From a virus, in the IMG/VR virus record IMGVR_UViG_3300045988_182790: a DNA stretch of 64,000 nucleotides. One strand, given 5' to 3'. The notes under the pieces are model-generated. The model saw only the letters and a program-made list of their open reading frames with translations. It was not told where the DNA came from and searched no databases. The position numbers and the translations under genes were made by a program. Below are positions 47,884-57,288 of the stretch, piece after piece; position 1 is the first letter of the stretch; every line of letters starts with the position of its first letter.

Positions 47884-48821
47884 GATGCAATAAATATTAA
47901 GAGCATATCATCCAAAGATATGTTTCTGTGGCTGTATAATGTTAAAATTATAGTAGCCAATGCTGCAACAATAATGATACACATTTTGCATTTATCATAT
48001 TTTGAATAAGCGGAACAAATATAATCGAATATTGCAAATGTAAGATATACAGTACAGGTTATTATAATTGTTCCACTTTTTAAGTCCACACTATCCTCTC
48101 CACTGACTATCTGTTGCAAAGAAACAGTCCAGCTCTTATCCACTTTCCAGAGAAAATGAGAAACTTTTGACTCTGGATAGATACCGCAAAGATACAAAAC
48201 GCCTATCAACAATACATAATATGACAGAATGGTGGCTTGTGTTCTAAGTACATTTGCAGCATATTCTGAAATTATGCCAATATTTTTTACAATCTGAGTT
48301 TTATGCTTGCATTCTTTATCTAAAGTTTCTGTCTGTGAATTTATGAGTTGTTCTTCTTTTGATTTTTCAAGTTGTTCTTCTTTTGATTCTTCACAGCAGC
48401 TATAAAAACCATATGCATCACATACAATATTTATTGCGTGACAAATCATATTGTATGGTTCTTTAACACAATATAAAGAACTAAATTCATCCTTACACTC
48501 TTTATTTTTTTCAAATGTTTCTTGAAAAAATTCTGGTTCTGAAATTGCAAGAGTATTCGCCTCTTTAAGTCCTAATAATTTAAAATATTCCTTTAAAACT
48601 ACAGTATATAATGGGTCGTAGTATAATGCGCGCACACACTTTCTGGAATCATTGTATTTGTCTACAAGTTCAATATCGCTTAATTTAAGTGTCAAGCCAT
48701 ATCTCACTCGTTCCATATTGTTCACAGTAAATATATTTTCCTGCCCTTCCATAGTTTTTGTTTCTGTTATATCCCTATTATTTTTAATCTCATTTACAAT
48801 CTGAGTTTTATTTGTGTTCAT
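47793..48821 (-). CDS. membrane protein (342 aa)
   Basis: Soluble Cys-rich N-terminal half and 4-5 C-terminal TM helices. Confidence 0.5.
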   Translation of the reverse strand: MNTNKTQIVNEIKNNRDITETKTMEGQENIFTVNNMERVRYGLTLKLSDIELVDKYNDSRKCVRALYYDPLYTVVLKEYFKLLGLKEANTLAISEPEFFQETFEKNKECKDEFSSLYCVKEPYNMICHAINIVCDAYGFYSCCEESKEEQLEKSKEEQLINSQTETLDKECKHKTQIVKNIGIISEYAANVLRTQATILSYYVLLIGVLYLCGIYPESKVSHFLWKVDKSWTVSLQQIVSGEDSVDLKSGTIIITCTVYLTFAIFDYICSAYSKYDKCKMCIIIVAALATIILTLYSHRNISLDDMLLIFIASCFFRVLSGILLKITGTQTMFYRLNTEFFH

Positions 48822-48866
48822 GAAATAGTTCCTCCATTTTTTCTATGGTTTCTAGTCCGTATGTAA

Positions 48867-49358
48867 TTACTTCTGCTTTGCAGCTTCTTTATCCGCGTCT
48901 GTAAAATCGCTTTCTCCAAATACTGAAAATCTATATTCATGTATGCTTTTAGTTGCAATTTCTTCATTCTTATTACAATCTATATCACTTATAATCCCTT
49001 TTGCTCCTAAAATATTCAAATCAGTAATCATCTTTGATTTTTTATATTTTAGAATTGGCACTTCTGCATCCATTTTATAGACGGTTGTTGTGAAAGCATT
49101 ATTACCCTCACCAAAAAACTTATCGTAATCTGTTTTGGATAATTCAAAGCTCTCGCTGCAGTCATGGAAAAATTCATTTATTTGCCCATCATCCGTTGTG
49201 AAATGCAATTCATAATAAGTTTCGTTGTTGAGTGTGTATGTGTCCTCTATGACAATATGAGCTATAATGTTATATGCGCATGTGTTGATTGTAGCATCTG
49301 GGGATTTGTCGTTTGCTATATTATATGTCTGTTTATTGCATCCATTGAGTAACAGCAA
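48867..49358 (-). CDS. lipoprotein (163 aa)
   Basis: Lipobox MLLLNGC. Confidence 0.5.
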   Translation of the reverse strand: MLLLNGCNKQTYNIANDKSPDATINTCAYNIIAHIVIEDTYTLNNETYYELHFTTDDGQINEFFHDCSESFELSKTDYDKFFGEGNNAFTTTVYKMDAEVPILKYKKSKMITDLNILGAKGIISDIDCNKNEEIATKSIHEYRFSVFGESDFTDADKEAAKQK

Positions 49359-49453
49359 TATTACTACTGTTATAGCTATTGTTAAGAAAAATTCGTATTA
49401 CTTTTTCATCCACTATCTTTCCTTTTCCTGCGTTAAAACTGGTTCCCACCATT

Positions 49454-49813
49454 TCAAATCTTTTCGGCATCATTGTTGGCATCATTTTCTTTGCTGACAA
49501 CCAACGTGCGAACAAGTTTTTTCTTTGCCTCTTGTGGCTGTTCGGGTGTGAGTTCGGTCTTAATCTCTTTGTGAGAAGTAGTATTTTTTACAGCTTTTCC
49601 CTTTGACAGCTTGTTTACTGAGAGGCTTTTGTTAATGAGCATAGTTGTAAGCAAAAATGTTGTAAGCAAAGTTTTCTTGCAGGCTTCTCCTTCCTGTAGT
49701 TCGTTGTCTTTTGTTTTTAAAATATTTGCGTGTTTGAAGAGATGTTTGTATACATATTCTTCGTCTTCCGTAAAGTCTATATTTACCGACATTGCTTGAC
49801 TTATGTCCAGCAA
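49454..49813 (-). CDS. hypothetical protein (119 aa)
   Basis: Intact ORF. Confidence 0.35.
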   Translation of the reverse strand: MLDISQAMSVNIDFTEDEEYVYKHLFKHANILKTKDNELQEGEACKKTLLTTFLLTTMLINKSLSVNKLSKGKAVKNTTSHKEIKTELTPEQPQEAKKKLVRTLVVSKENDANNDAEKI

Positions 49814-50127
49814 CTAAATCTTCCTGCCTGCCATAATTCACAAATGATTGCAATTGGAACAAATACATATATATATCCAAAAGTTATCATATGTGTCTTA
49901 GTGTCTGTGACAGCTGAAATATGAAGAAATGTCATTGCTGCAGTAAGGAATATTGCTGTTTGCAATGATACAACTAATAGTAATAATGATGATGTTATAT
50001 ATGCCATCATAAGAGACAGGATTTCATTTGACGTTAATGAAATCCTATACTCTTTATCATGTTTGATATCATACACACCATAACAAAGCAATCCTGCGTA
50101 TACTGGGAGTAAAATACTGTTAATCAT
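49801..50127 (-). CDS. small polytopic membrane protein, possible TadV/CpaA-type prepilin peptidase
   Basis: Three TM helices with conserved-position Asp (YDIKHD, VTDTK). Sits in the Tad operon, but GGGD-type motif not seen. Confidence 0.35.
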   Translation of the reverse strand: MINSILLPVYAGLLCYGVYDIKHDKEYRISLTSNEILSLMMAYITSSLLLLVVSLQTAIFLTAAMTFLHISAVTDTKTHMITFGYIYVFVPIAIICELWQAGRFSCWT

Positions 50128-50815
50128 TTTTTACCCTTACCATTGTTACGTCATTATCTCCAGCCGCATCATAGAATTTAGCTACATCATCTCGTTCCAT
50201 TTCAATTACGAAATACAATGCTGTCGAAGTAGTATCATTGCTCTGAATTTCTAGGTATGAAGAGTCATAAGATGCAACAATATACACGTTTGAAAGTAAC
50301 AGTTTGTTTGTTTTATGAATTGTATCTTCTTCTGTACCTTCCGCAATATACAAATCTACAACATCTCCAGCTCTGATATAACCGTTTACAGCACTATCTG
50401 CTCTTGAGACTGCGAATGATACCTCTACAGGGTCTTTAATGTTGCTATTGATTGTTGAGGAATCTTTTACTTTTGTAGATGAAAGAATTTCTCCTTTTGA
50501 TACTGGAGTAATAAGTCTTCCTGTGATGTCATCAAGCGATGTATATGTGGTTGTTGTTATAAGAGCGGAATTGACTGACTCAATGCCAAAATAGTCTTTT
50601 ACATTTTTTGAGGAGATAATCGTTCCTTCCTCAATATCTTTTAGTGCATACACGGCTGGAGAAATGTCTTTATCCGTGAGGACATATGCTTGAGCGGCGG
50701 TTAAACCTACCCAAACAACAAGTCCAACCACAAGTGTTACAGCCCATTTTGTCAATGACTTGCTGACGGTATGTTCTTTCTTCTCTTTAGTTCTACTTTT
50801 GCCTTTTTTGAACAT
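50120..50815 (-). CDS. CpaB/RcpC-like pilus assembly protein
   Basis: N-terminal TM anchor plus SAF-like domain (ALKDIEEGTIIS). Confidence 0.5.
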   Translation of the reverse strand: MFKKGKSRTKEKKEHTVSKSLTKWAVTLVVGLVVWVGLTAAQAYVLTDKDISPAVYALKDIEEGTIISSKNVKDYFGIESVNSALITTTTYTSLDDITGRLITPVSKGEILSSTKVKDSSTINSNIKDPVEVSFAVSRADSAVNGYIRAGDVVDLYIAEGTEEDTIHKTNKLLLSNVYIVASYDSSYLEIQSNDTTSTALYFVIEMERDDVAKFYDAAGDNDVTMVRVKND

Positions 50816-50832
50816 ATCTTACACCTCTTTAT

Positions 50833-51105
50833 TTAGTTGAAAATTCCAAGAATTTTGCTACTAAGCTTTCCCATAAATGAATCGGCTCCTGGTGCGCCAC
50901 TCTCATAATCGCTGTTTCCAAAAATAATGTAGGTTAAAGCTTTTCCAAGTGCTAGGATTACGAGAATGATTACGAAGATAATTACAATTTTCCCAATCAA
51001 ATCAGACTCGCCAGCCTTTTTTGTTTTGATACTTTCAATGGCATCATCGACCATCATATTAGCTTTTGTTTTTGTTGAAATAATAAGGTTGTCCAGTTTC
51101 TTCAT
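50833..51105 (-). CDS. Flp-family pilin-like protein (90 aa)
   Basis: Short protein with central hydrophobic stretch GKIVIIFVIILVILALG after a Gly. Sits in a Tad operon. Atypical leader. Confidence 0.3.
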   Translation of the reverse strand: MKKLDNLIISTKTKANMMVDDAIESIKTKKAGESDLIGKIVIIFVIILVILALGKALTYIIFGNSDYESGAPGADSFMGKLSSKILGIFN

Positions 51106-51181
51106 GGTTGTTATAAAGTCCTTTCTATTATTGTTTTAAAATTGTTACATAATATATATGAAATATAAAAAATAGGGTTAA

Positions 51182-51901
51182 TCACGACGCAGGCTCGATT
51201 TGTGAAAAGCTTTCTATCTGTATTCGCCTTGAGAATACCTCATCACTTAAGGATATGAATGCTTTTGGCAAATCCAAGTCAAAAGAAAATACTGCGTATA
51301 CTGTAGGAAGATGCAAGTCACTTCTTCTATGTGTACTAAACGGTGAACCTGATAATGTTCCTGATGTGGAGGTTCTTTTCTGGATTGATACTGAACTGAA
51401 ATCTTTATGTTCAGAACCATTAACAATTTGCATCATATTGATATTGCTAACTCTGTATTCAACTAAAGTAGTACCTACATAATCATATATATAAAAATCA
51501 TCAACAGTAAAATCTCTTACATTCAACTGATTAGCGGCCCAGCCAACGTTTCCACCGCTAAAACCAGTTGGTGTAATTCCCATTGTTGTTGTGAGGGATG
51601 ACAAATATTTATGTAATCTGTCATACACCTCAGCTCGTTCTTCGTCTGAAACCGTTATGCTGGATGCGTCTGCGGAGCCTATTATTTGAAATTTTCTATT
51701 TGACCTATATTCATCCGCATTGATTACTGCAGCGGACATTGTTGCAGAATCAGCATCATTTCGTATATTCTCACTTAAAATTTCAGCCGCGCGAAGATAC
51801 AAGCCTAAACAAAGAAACATTATCATAAAAAAGACAAAGAACATGGATATTAACATGACTGCAAAGCCTTTTTTCTTCTGTTTTACAATTCTTTTTATCA
51901 T
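51182..51901 (-). CDS. TadE/TadF-like pseudopilin
   Basis: Basic N-terminus plus hydrophobic helix FAVMLISMFFVFFMIMFL, as in TadE-like proteins. Confidence 0.45.
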   Translation of the reverse strand: MIKRIVKQKKKGFAVMLISMFFVFFMIMFLCLGLYLRAAEILSENIRNDADSATMSAAVINADEYRSNRKFQIIGSADASSITVSDEERAEVYDRLHKYLSSLTTTMGITPTGFSGGNVGWAANQLNVRDFTVDDFYIYDYVGTTLVEYRVSNINMMQIVNGSEHKDFSSVSIQKRTSTSGTLSGSPFSTHRRSDLHLPTVYAVFSFDLDLPKAFISLSDEVFSRRIQIESFSQIEPAS

Positions 51902-51906
51902 AATTT

Positions 51907-52416
51907 TTACTCCTTTGAAGTCGTAGACAAATGAATTGTCATTACAGCATTTGATTTCTTAAACATTGGTATAAAGTCTGATGCGCCTTTGCCCATCTCA
52001 AAAAACGTCTCACAGCACACTGTTATATCCAGCTGAATTTCTTCTCCATAGCCAAGGTCTGATGTTGTGGTATTGTTTGTATATGAATTTCCTAATGCTG
52101 TAACTGTTCCTTTGATACAGCTGGAATCTACTGGCGCTGTACCGTCCTTTGTATAACCTGCATCATTCAACGCATCAATGAGATTTTGCATCTCATTTGC
52201 GCCACCAACAGTATTAGTCAAATATCCATCACTTTCCATTTTAAGAAGATACTCTCGCGCAATGGAATTTAATTTGTTTTTATTATTGATTGCAACATTC
52301 AAATTGAGATACAAAACAATTATGACTGAGGCTACTGCCATAAAAATCATCATAATCAGTAAATCTTCAAGGGAGCCTTTCTTCTTTTGTCTGTAAAAAA
52401 AATGTAGTTTTTTCAT
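51907..52416 (-). CDS. TadE-like pseudopilin
   Basis: Same architecture as 51182-51901. Confidence 0.45.
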   Translation of the reverse strand: MKKLHFFYRQKKKGSLEDLLIMMIFMAVASVIIVLYLNLNVAINNKNKLNSIAREYLLKMESDGYLTNTVGGANEMQNLIDALNDAGYTKDGTAPVDSSCIKGTVTALGNSYTNNTTTSDLGYGEEIQLDITVCCETFFEMGKGASDFIPMFKKSNAVMTIHLSTTSKE

Positions 52417-52438
52417 TTTCGTATGAAGCTCCTTTCTG

Positions 52439-53308
52439 TTACCATAGTGACATCAAACTTTCACCAAGTTGAAGACCTACTGTATAAAGCGCAAGAACGA
52501 TAATTCCAGAGAAAAATGCAATACTTAGCATTGTTGCCGACTTTTTGGCTTTTATCTTCTCATTTTCAAAACGAATTTTATTATTATCTTCTATCTGTCC
52601 ACTTATATCTTTAGTCATCTCAATAATTCTTCCTGTTCTGAATGACTGTTTGATTATGTCAGCCAGGTCATCTATCTGAGGATTATCAAAACGCATTTTG
52701 AAAACGGAAATGGCCTCTTCCATTGTCATTTTTCGAGACAGGATATTGTTATTAAGTTCTGTAAGCGCTTTTTTCAATCGTTTGTTAGTTACGGAACGCT
52801 GACAGTCAATCAATGAGTCGCCGATAAAAAGTCCAGCTCTCGCCTCTGTTTTTAATGTGCTGTAAATGGTGACAATATCGTCTTCCATCTCAAGATTATC
52901 TTTTCTGTTCTTCGATTTAGCATTAACATCTGGTAACATAAATCCTACGAAAAACATCAGTATTGCGCCAAGAATTTTTATAGTGAATGTTGGTGCTACA
53001 ATAAGTGTTGCAATAGATGTCAATGCGCCATAAATTATTTTTTCGAAGATGAATGTTACAGGGTCAAGTTCATAATCATTACGCCTGTACATAATTCCTG
53101 TCTGGGAAAGAAAAGCTTCTAATGAACTTTTGTTAAAATAAGATTTCTTCCCCTCGACTGAATCCATTTTGCTTTTTATTGCTTCTTTTGACAGTGCAAC
53201 AAATGTATCCGTTTTCCCTATTAATGTAAAAACTATCAATGCAGCACTTATGCAAGCAATAAGAGTTACTAAAATTTTTGCTATTGTAATAAGATTGAGT
53301 GCATCCAT
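52439..53308 (-). CDS. TadC-like (T2SS-F family) inner-membrane platform protein
   Basis: About 290 aa with 3 TM segments and a cytoplasmic helical domain. Paired with a second GspF-like gene. Confidence 0.55.
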   Translation of the reverse strand: MDALNLITIAKILVTLIACISAALIVFTLIGKTDTFVALSKEAIKSKMDSVEGKKSYFNKSSLEAFLSQTGIMYRRNDYELDPVTFIFEKIIYGALTSIATLIVAPTFTIKILGAILMFFVGFMLPDVNAKSKNRKDNLEMEDDIVTIYSTLKTEARAGLFIGDSLIDCQRSVTNKRLKKALTELNNNILSRKMTMEEAISVFKMRFDNPQIDDLADIIKQSFRTGRIIEMTKDISGQIEDNNKIRFENEKIKAKKSATMLSIAFFSGIIVLALYTVGLQLGESLMSLW

Positions 53309-53311
53309 ACG

Positions 53312-54313
53312 CTACTTCCTATCCTTTCTTATAGTGCTGATGATACCGACAAGAATAACTACTCCGAGATATACCAATATTGCTCGTCCCACAATCGTTC
53401 CGAAGATGGAATTCCAAATATCTTCTACAATCATTGATAAAACATACATAATTCCGCATCCAGCGACAGCAAGTATGCCAATCTCTCCGAGGAAATTTTT
53501 TCTGATGTTTCGCATTTGTCTTTTAAAGCTTACATATTCTTTTACATCAGTTTTGTTTTCCTCAATAACTTCTGCATAATTCTCATTGTGCATAGCACAT
53601 ATTCGTAAAGAATTGATGATTGCTCTGAATTTTTTATGATTCACTTTTGTTGACAATCGTTTTAGCGACTCATCTACTGGGACACCTGATTTTATTTCGT
53701 AATAGCACTGTTCTACTGGAACCCTGAGAGGTTCTGAAAGATAAGGTACTGTTCGTCCAAGCATTTCGCCAATTGTATTTTCAAGCGAACTCATGTTATC
53801 AAGGGCATTCATAAACTTAAGTAACTGATTTTCGATATTAATGTAGTTTTTAATAGCTTTTACTTCGAGGTAAATGAATGTAAAAGCGAGGATAACACAA
53901 AAGTTTACAAATCCAATTAATGAATTATGCATCCAAAATCCAATGATTGTGCTGAGAATAACGGTTATACCTACAATCAGAAATATAAAGTTTTCAGCAT
54001 TAAGCTCTGGGTATCTGTCTTTTAATCCTGCATCCAGAATAAGACTATCCACTTTGGACAAAACACCCTCTTGTTCAGTTTCTCCTTCTAGTAGATATCT
54101 TTGTTTGTATTCCTCTTCTCTTATTTTTCTCTGTTTATCAATGTTTGCTTGTAATTTTGCAAACTTCATTGAAAACCAATGATGGTTGAATAAATATGAT
54201 ACAAAGAAAAATGCAGAAATAATAAACACAATCGCTAAGGCAATCTGCAAATAAGCAAGTATGGGATTTGCAAGCCAAATTGATTCAAAGTACTGAATAA
54301 TTTTTTCTTTCAT
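53312..54313 (-). CDS. TadB-like (T2SS-F family) inner-membrane platform protein
   Basis: Same family architecture as 52439-53308. Confidence 0.55.
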   Translation of the reverse strand: MKEKIIQYFESIWLANPILAYLQIALAIVFIISAFFFVSYLFNHHWFSMKFAKLQANIDKQRKIREEEYKQRYLLEGETEQEGVLSKVDSLILDAGLKDRYPELNAENFIFLIVGITVILSTIIGFWMHNSLIGFVNFCVILAFTFIYLEVKAIKNYINIENQLLKFMNALDNMSSLENTIGEMLGRTVPYLSEPLRVPVEQCYYEIKSGVPVDESLKRLSTKVNHKKFRAIINSLRICAMHNENYAEVIEENKTDVKEYVSFKRQMRNIRKNFLGEIGILAVAGCGIMYVLSMIVEDIWNSIFGTIVGRAILVYLGVVILVGIISTIRKDRK

Positions 54314-54318
54314 AGTTC

Positions 54319-55710
54319 CTACTCCTTATCTGTATCTTCTACAATATCGCTTTCCTGAACTGGTTCTGATTTATCTTCTGGAACATTTTCGAGTTCTTCA
54401 AGTTCATGTTCTTTTGAGAGCTTGTATTCAATTTCAGCCAGTTCCTCTTTTTCAGCATCATTTGGTTTATAATTTAGGATTGTAGACTCCTCTGGATGGC
54501 GTCTATCATACACTGTGTCATAAATTATGGAGTAGGTATCACCTGATGTATCAAGGCCTCTAATTTCAGAAATTTCTTCTATTTTATAATTCTTCATAAA
54601 GATAACCACTTCCATAGCAGAAAGCATTGTGAGAACTTCATTCATTGTGTACCCTGTTGCCTGCATAATATAGTCAGCAAGCTTATACATAGCATCCTTT
54701 GAACTTTTACCGTGTACAGATGTCCAACATTTATGTCCTGTATATGCAGCCATGGCAAAGCTTTTTGCTTCCATACCCTTAATCTCACCAATCATGTAAT
54801 AATCGTTATCTGTGAGAAGACCATTTCTTGCAATATCTGCAAGTTCATAGCTGACTTTTCCCTCAGTACTTGCATTGACAGGTGATTGATACATAAAGTC
54901 TGGATGGTCACTAAATAACTCGGCACTTTCCTGAGCAATAAGTCCAGAATAAATAGTTGGAATATTATCAATCTCTGCATTCATTAAAGTAGATTTTCCT
55001 GATGCACCCTTTCCAGTGTAAATAATTCCACTTGAACACTTTGCTTTTATTTCCAAATATGGAACAAGCTCAGGTGGGAACATTTTTGCTTCTATCAGAT
55101 TATTCATATCCTTTTTGCGCTTAAGGATTTTTCTAATCTGGATTACTGGTAATTTACTTTCGTTGATGATACCGCCAGTAATATTAAAACGAAGTCTTGC
55201 GTGTTCATTATTATCAACGTCAGTAAATACACGAATAGCATTGGCATCAGTTAGTGATACTCCATTCTTCGAACAGACATTATCAATAAAACTGATATAA
55301 TCTGCTCTATCAATAAACTTAACGTTTGTAGCCTTTCGTTCGCCCTTTCGTTTAAGTCTGATATGCCCCTCGTCATAAATCTTGATATCAGAAATATCAT
55401 CATCGGCCAAAAAGTCTTCCAAAATGTAATAACCCCAAATTCGCTTGTCTAATCGCTTGAGGGTATCTTCAATTTGAGCTTCATCGCAAGTTACTGTTTG
55501 CAAATGTTTTCTCATCATTTTGAAGAATTCGTCTTTTGAGATGATATTCCTCTGAATGTTTGCGAGGTAATTACGGTCTGGCGCACTGGCATAATCAATT
55601 GCATACTTGAACAAGTCCCCTTCGTATCGTTCTACTGGTTCATTTTCAATTGTTACCTCTTTTTTCTGTTTCTTGAAAAAATTAAACATAAAACTTTTTT
55701 GTCCTTTCAT
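54319..55710 (-). CDS. CpaF/TadA-type secretion ATPase (VirB11/GspE superfamily)
   Basis: Walker A TGKGASGKST, Walker B-Asp box DNDYYMIGEIKGMEA, His box GHKCWTSVHG. Confidence 0.85.
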   Translation of the reverse strand: MKGQKSFMFNFFKKQKKEVTIENEPVERYEGDLFKYAIDYASAPDRNYLANIQRNIISKDEFFKMMRKHLQTVTCDEAQIEDTLKRLDKRIWGYYILEDFLADDDISDIKIYDEGHIRLKRKGERKATNVKFIDRADYISFIDNVCSKNGVSLTDANAIRVFTDVDNNEHARLRFNITGGIINESKLPVIQIRKILKRKKDMNNLIEAKMFPPELVPYLEIKAKCSSGIIYTGKGASGKSTLMNAEIDNIPTIYSGLIAQESAELFSDHPDFMYQSPVNASTEGKVSYELADIARNGLLTDNDYYMIGEIKGMEAKSFAMAAYTGHKCWTSVHGKSSKDAMYKLADYIMQATGYTMNEVLTMLSAMEVVIFMKNYKIEEISEIRGLDTSGDTYSIIYDTVYDRRHPEESTILNYKPNDAEKEELAEIEYKLSKEHELEELENVPEDKSEPVQESDIVEDTDKE

Positions 55711-55760
55711 TTTGTTTACGTTTAAAATGTGAAATACGGAAAAAGAGGTTAAAAAAAAGA

Positions 55761-55788
55761 ACTACCGTTGTCGGTAGTCCTTTTTATA
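55761..55788 (-). terminator. terminator between the 36-bp repeat and the Tad operon promoter
   Basis: GGACTACCGacaaCGGTAGTTC followed by T8 on the gene strand. Confidence 0.45.
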
Positions 55789-55790
55789 TC

Positions 55791-55826
55791 ACAACATAAT
55801 ACAGTGCAGATTTTTTGCGCTTTCTA
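55791..55826. repeat. copy 3 of 36-bp promoter-region repeat
   Basis: Identical to 38118-38153. Lies between the TnpB 3' region and the Tad operon start. Confidence 0.7.
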
Positions 55827-55974
55827 TATTATTATTCTTTTGCCTTATTTGTTTTGTTTGCGAATTCGCTTGTAATTATATCTGCATTTTGAAGAATATT
55901 TCCGTAAAATACTAGACTACTGTTGACACTCCCACGATGCTAAAGCATCGGGGATTCTTACCAAGTTTGTTGCC

Positions 55975-57246
55975 TTATGACAACCTTATTCGTAACGGAC
56001 TTGCCAATAGCCCACTAGACAGTTTTTCACAAGTGAAGCCCTGCTTACCTTTCCTTAATATGTTATATGCACCATTTACATCTGCATTGAGAATTATGCC
56101 ATTTTTGCTTTGATACAAACCTCTCTTGATTCGTTTACCACTAAATTCCTTTGTATATGGTTGTTCGAATTTGTACTCAGGTAATTCATCATTATCCAAG
56201 AAGCTGCTCTTACTTGTGTAGCTTTCCTCTACTTCTTTGTATTCAACCCCATACTTCCAACATAAGAATTGCAGCTGTTCTCTCAAAATACCAAATGGTA
56301 CCTGTGTAAAGTTTTGATTATTCTGCTTTCCTATGTTTACAAAACGTTTGAAGTCCTTATTATATCCTACAATTAAAGTTCCTATATCATTGGCTAAACA
56401 CTGGTTTATAATGTATCTAGCAGTCTTTTTAATACAGTCATTAACCTGATTATTTCTCTTAGTAGTAAGTCTTTGAATACGATTTGTAGTAACTTTAGAA
56501 GTCTTTTGTTGTTTCATAGCAATAGAGTTATATTTCGCTATCTGCTTATTCCAATACTGGTTGATTGATTTAATCCTACGACCATCCATAATGAATGGTG
56601 TCATTATATTAGAAACACAGGTAGCAAGATTTTCTACTCCTATATCTATAGCCATAACCTTATTAGTATCTAAAGTTCTGATTTCTTGTTCTACAACATA
56701 GATATACTGCACTTTAAAATACTTTCCATTACCACAAGGAAGTATTCTAACTTCTTTAATTGTCTTATTTTGTAATCTTTCAGGGAACGGTATCTTTATA
56801 TCATCTTTGTAATTCTTTAATTTTCGATACTCTCTGCTCATTGGTATTTTGAAATATCCATCTTTAATAGATATGGCATTAGTAGACAGCACAAGGTTAA
56901 AAAGTCCACCTTTCTTGCGATAATTTGGAATTTTAACATCATTGTAACGATATTCACCTTGCTTACACTTTTTAAGTAAGTTGAAGAATGACTTAAAAGA
57001 CCTATCTACTACTTTCATAGTCTGTTGCGCAACACCAGCTTGCAACAATCCGTAGTTTTCATTATCCTTACATTCGTGATAGTTGCTTTCATAAGTTAAA
57101 AACTTATTTTGAGCAAAGAAATATTGTCTAATGTTGTAAAGTGCTACATTGTAAAGGTTATTAGAATACTGGCATAATTCTGTAAGTATTTGATGTTGCT
57201 CTTTTGTTAGACCACGAATTACATTACTTTGTACTGCATATTCCAT
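55975..57246 (-). CDS. tnpB: TnpB-like RuvC-fold protein lacking zinc-finger cysteines
   Basis: OrfB_IS605-like N-terminus, RuvC-III-like ADVNGAYNILRKG. The usual CxxC...CxxC region is absent. Downstream hairpin CCCGATGCTTTAGCATCGTGGG. Confidence 0.65.
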   Translation of the reverse strand: MEYAVQSNVIRGLTKEQHQILTELCQYSNNLYNVALYNIRQYFFAQNKFLTYESNYHECKDNENYGLLQAGVAQQTMKVVDRSFKSFFNLLKKCKQGEYRYNDVKIPNYRKKGGLFNLVLSTNAISIKDGYFKIPMSREYRKLKNYKDDIKIPFPERLQNKTIKEVRILPCGNGKYFKVQYIYVVEQEIRTLDTNKVMAIDIGVENLATCVSNIMTPFIMDGRRIKSINQYWNKQIAKYNSIAMKQQKTSKVTTNRIQRLTTKRNNQVNDCIKKTARYIINQCLANDIGTLIVGYNKDFKRFVNIGKQNNQNFTQVPFGILREQLQFLCWKYGVEYKEVEESYTSKSSFLDNDELPEYKFEQPYTKEFSGKRIKRGLYQSKNGIILNADVNGAYNILRKGKQGFTCEKLSSGLLASPLRIRLS

Positions 57247-57288
57247 AAGATTTAAACCTCCTTTCTTTAATGTTTACTATACCCTAAT

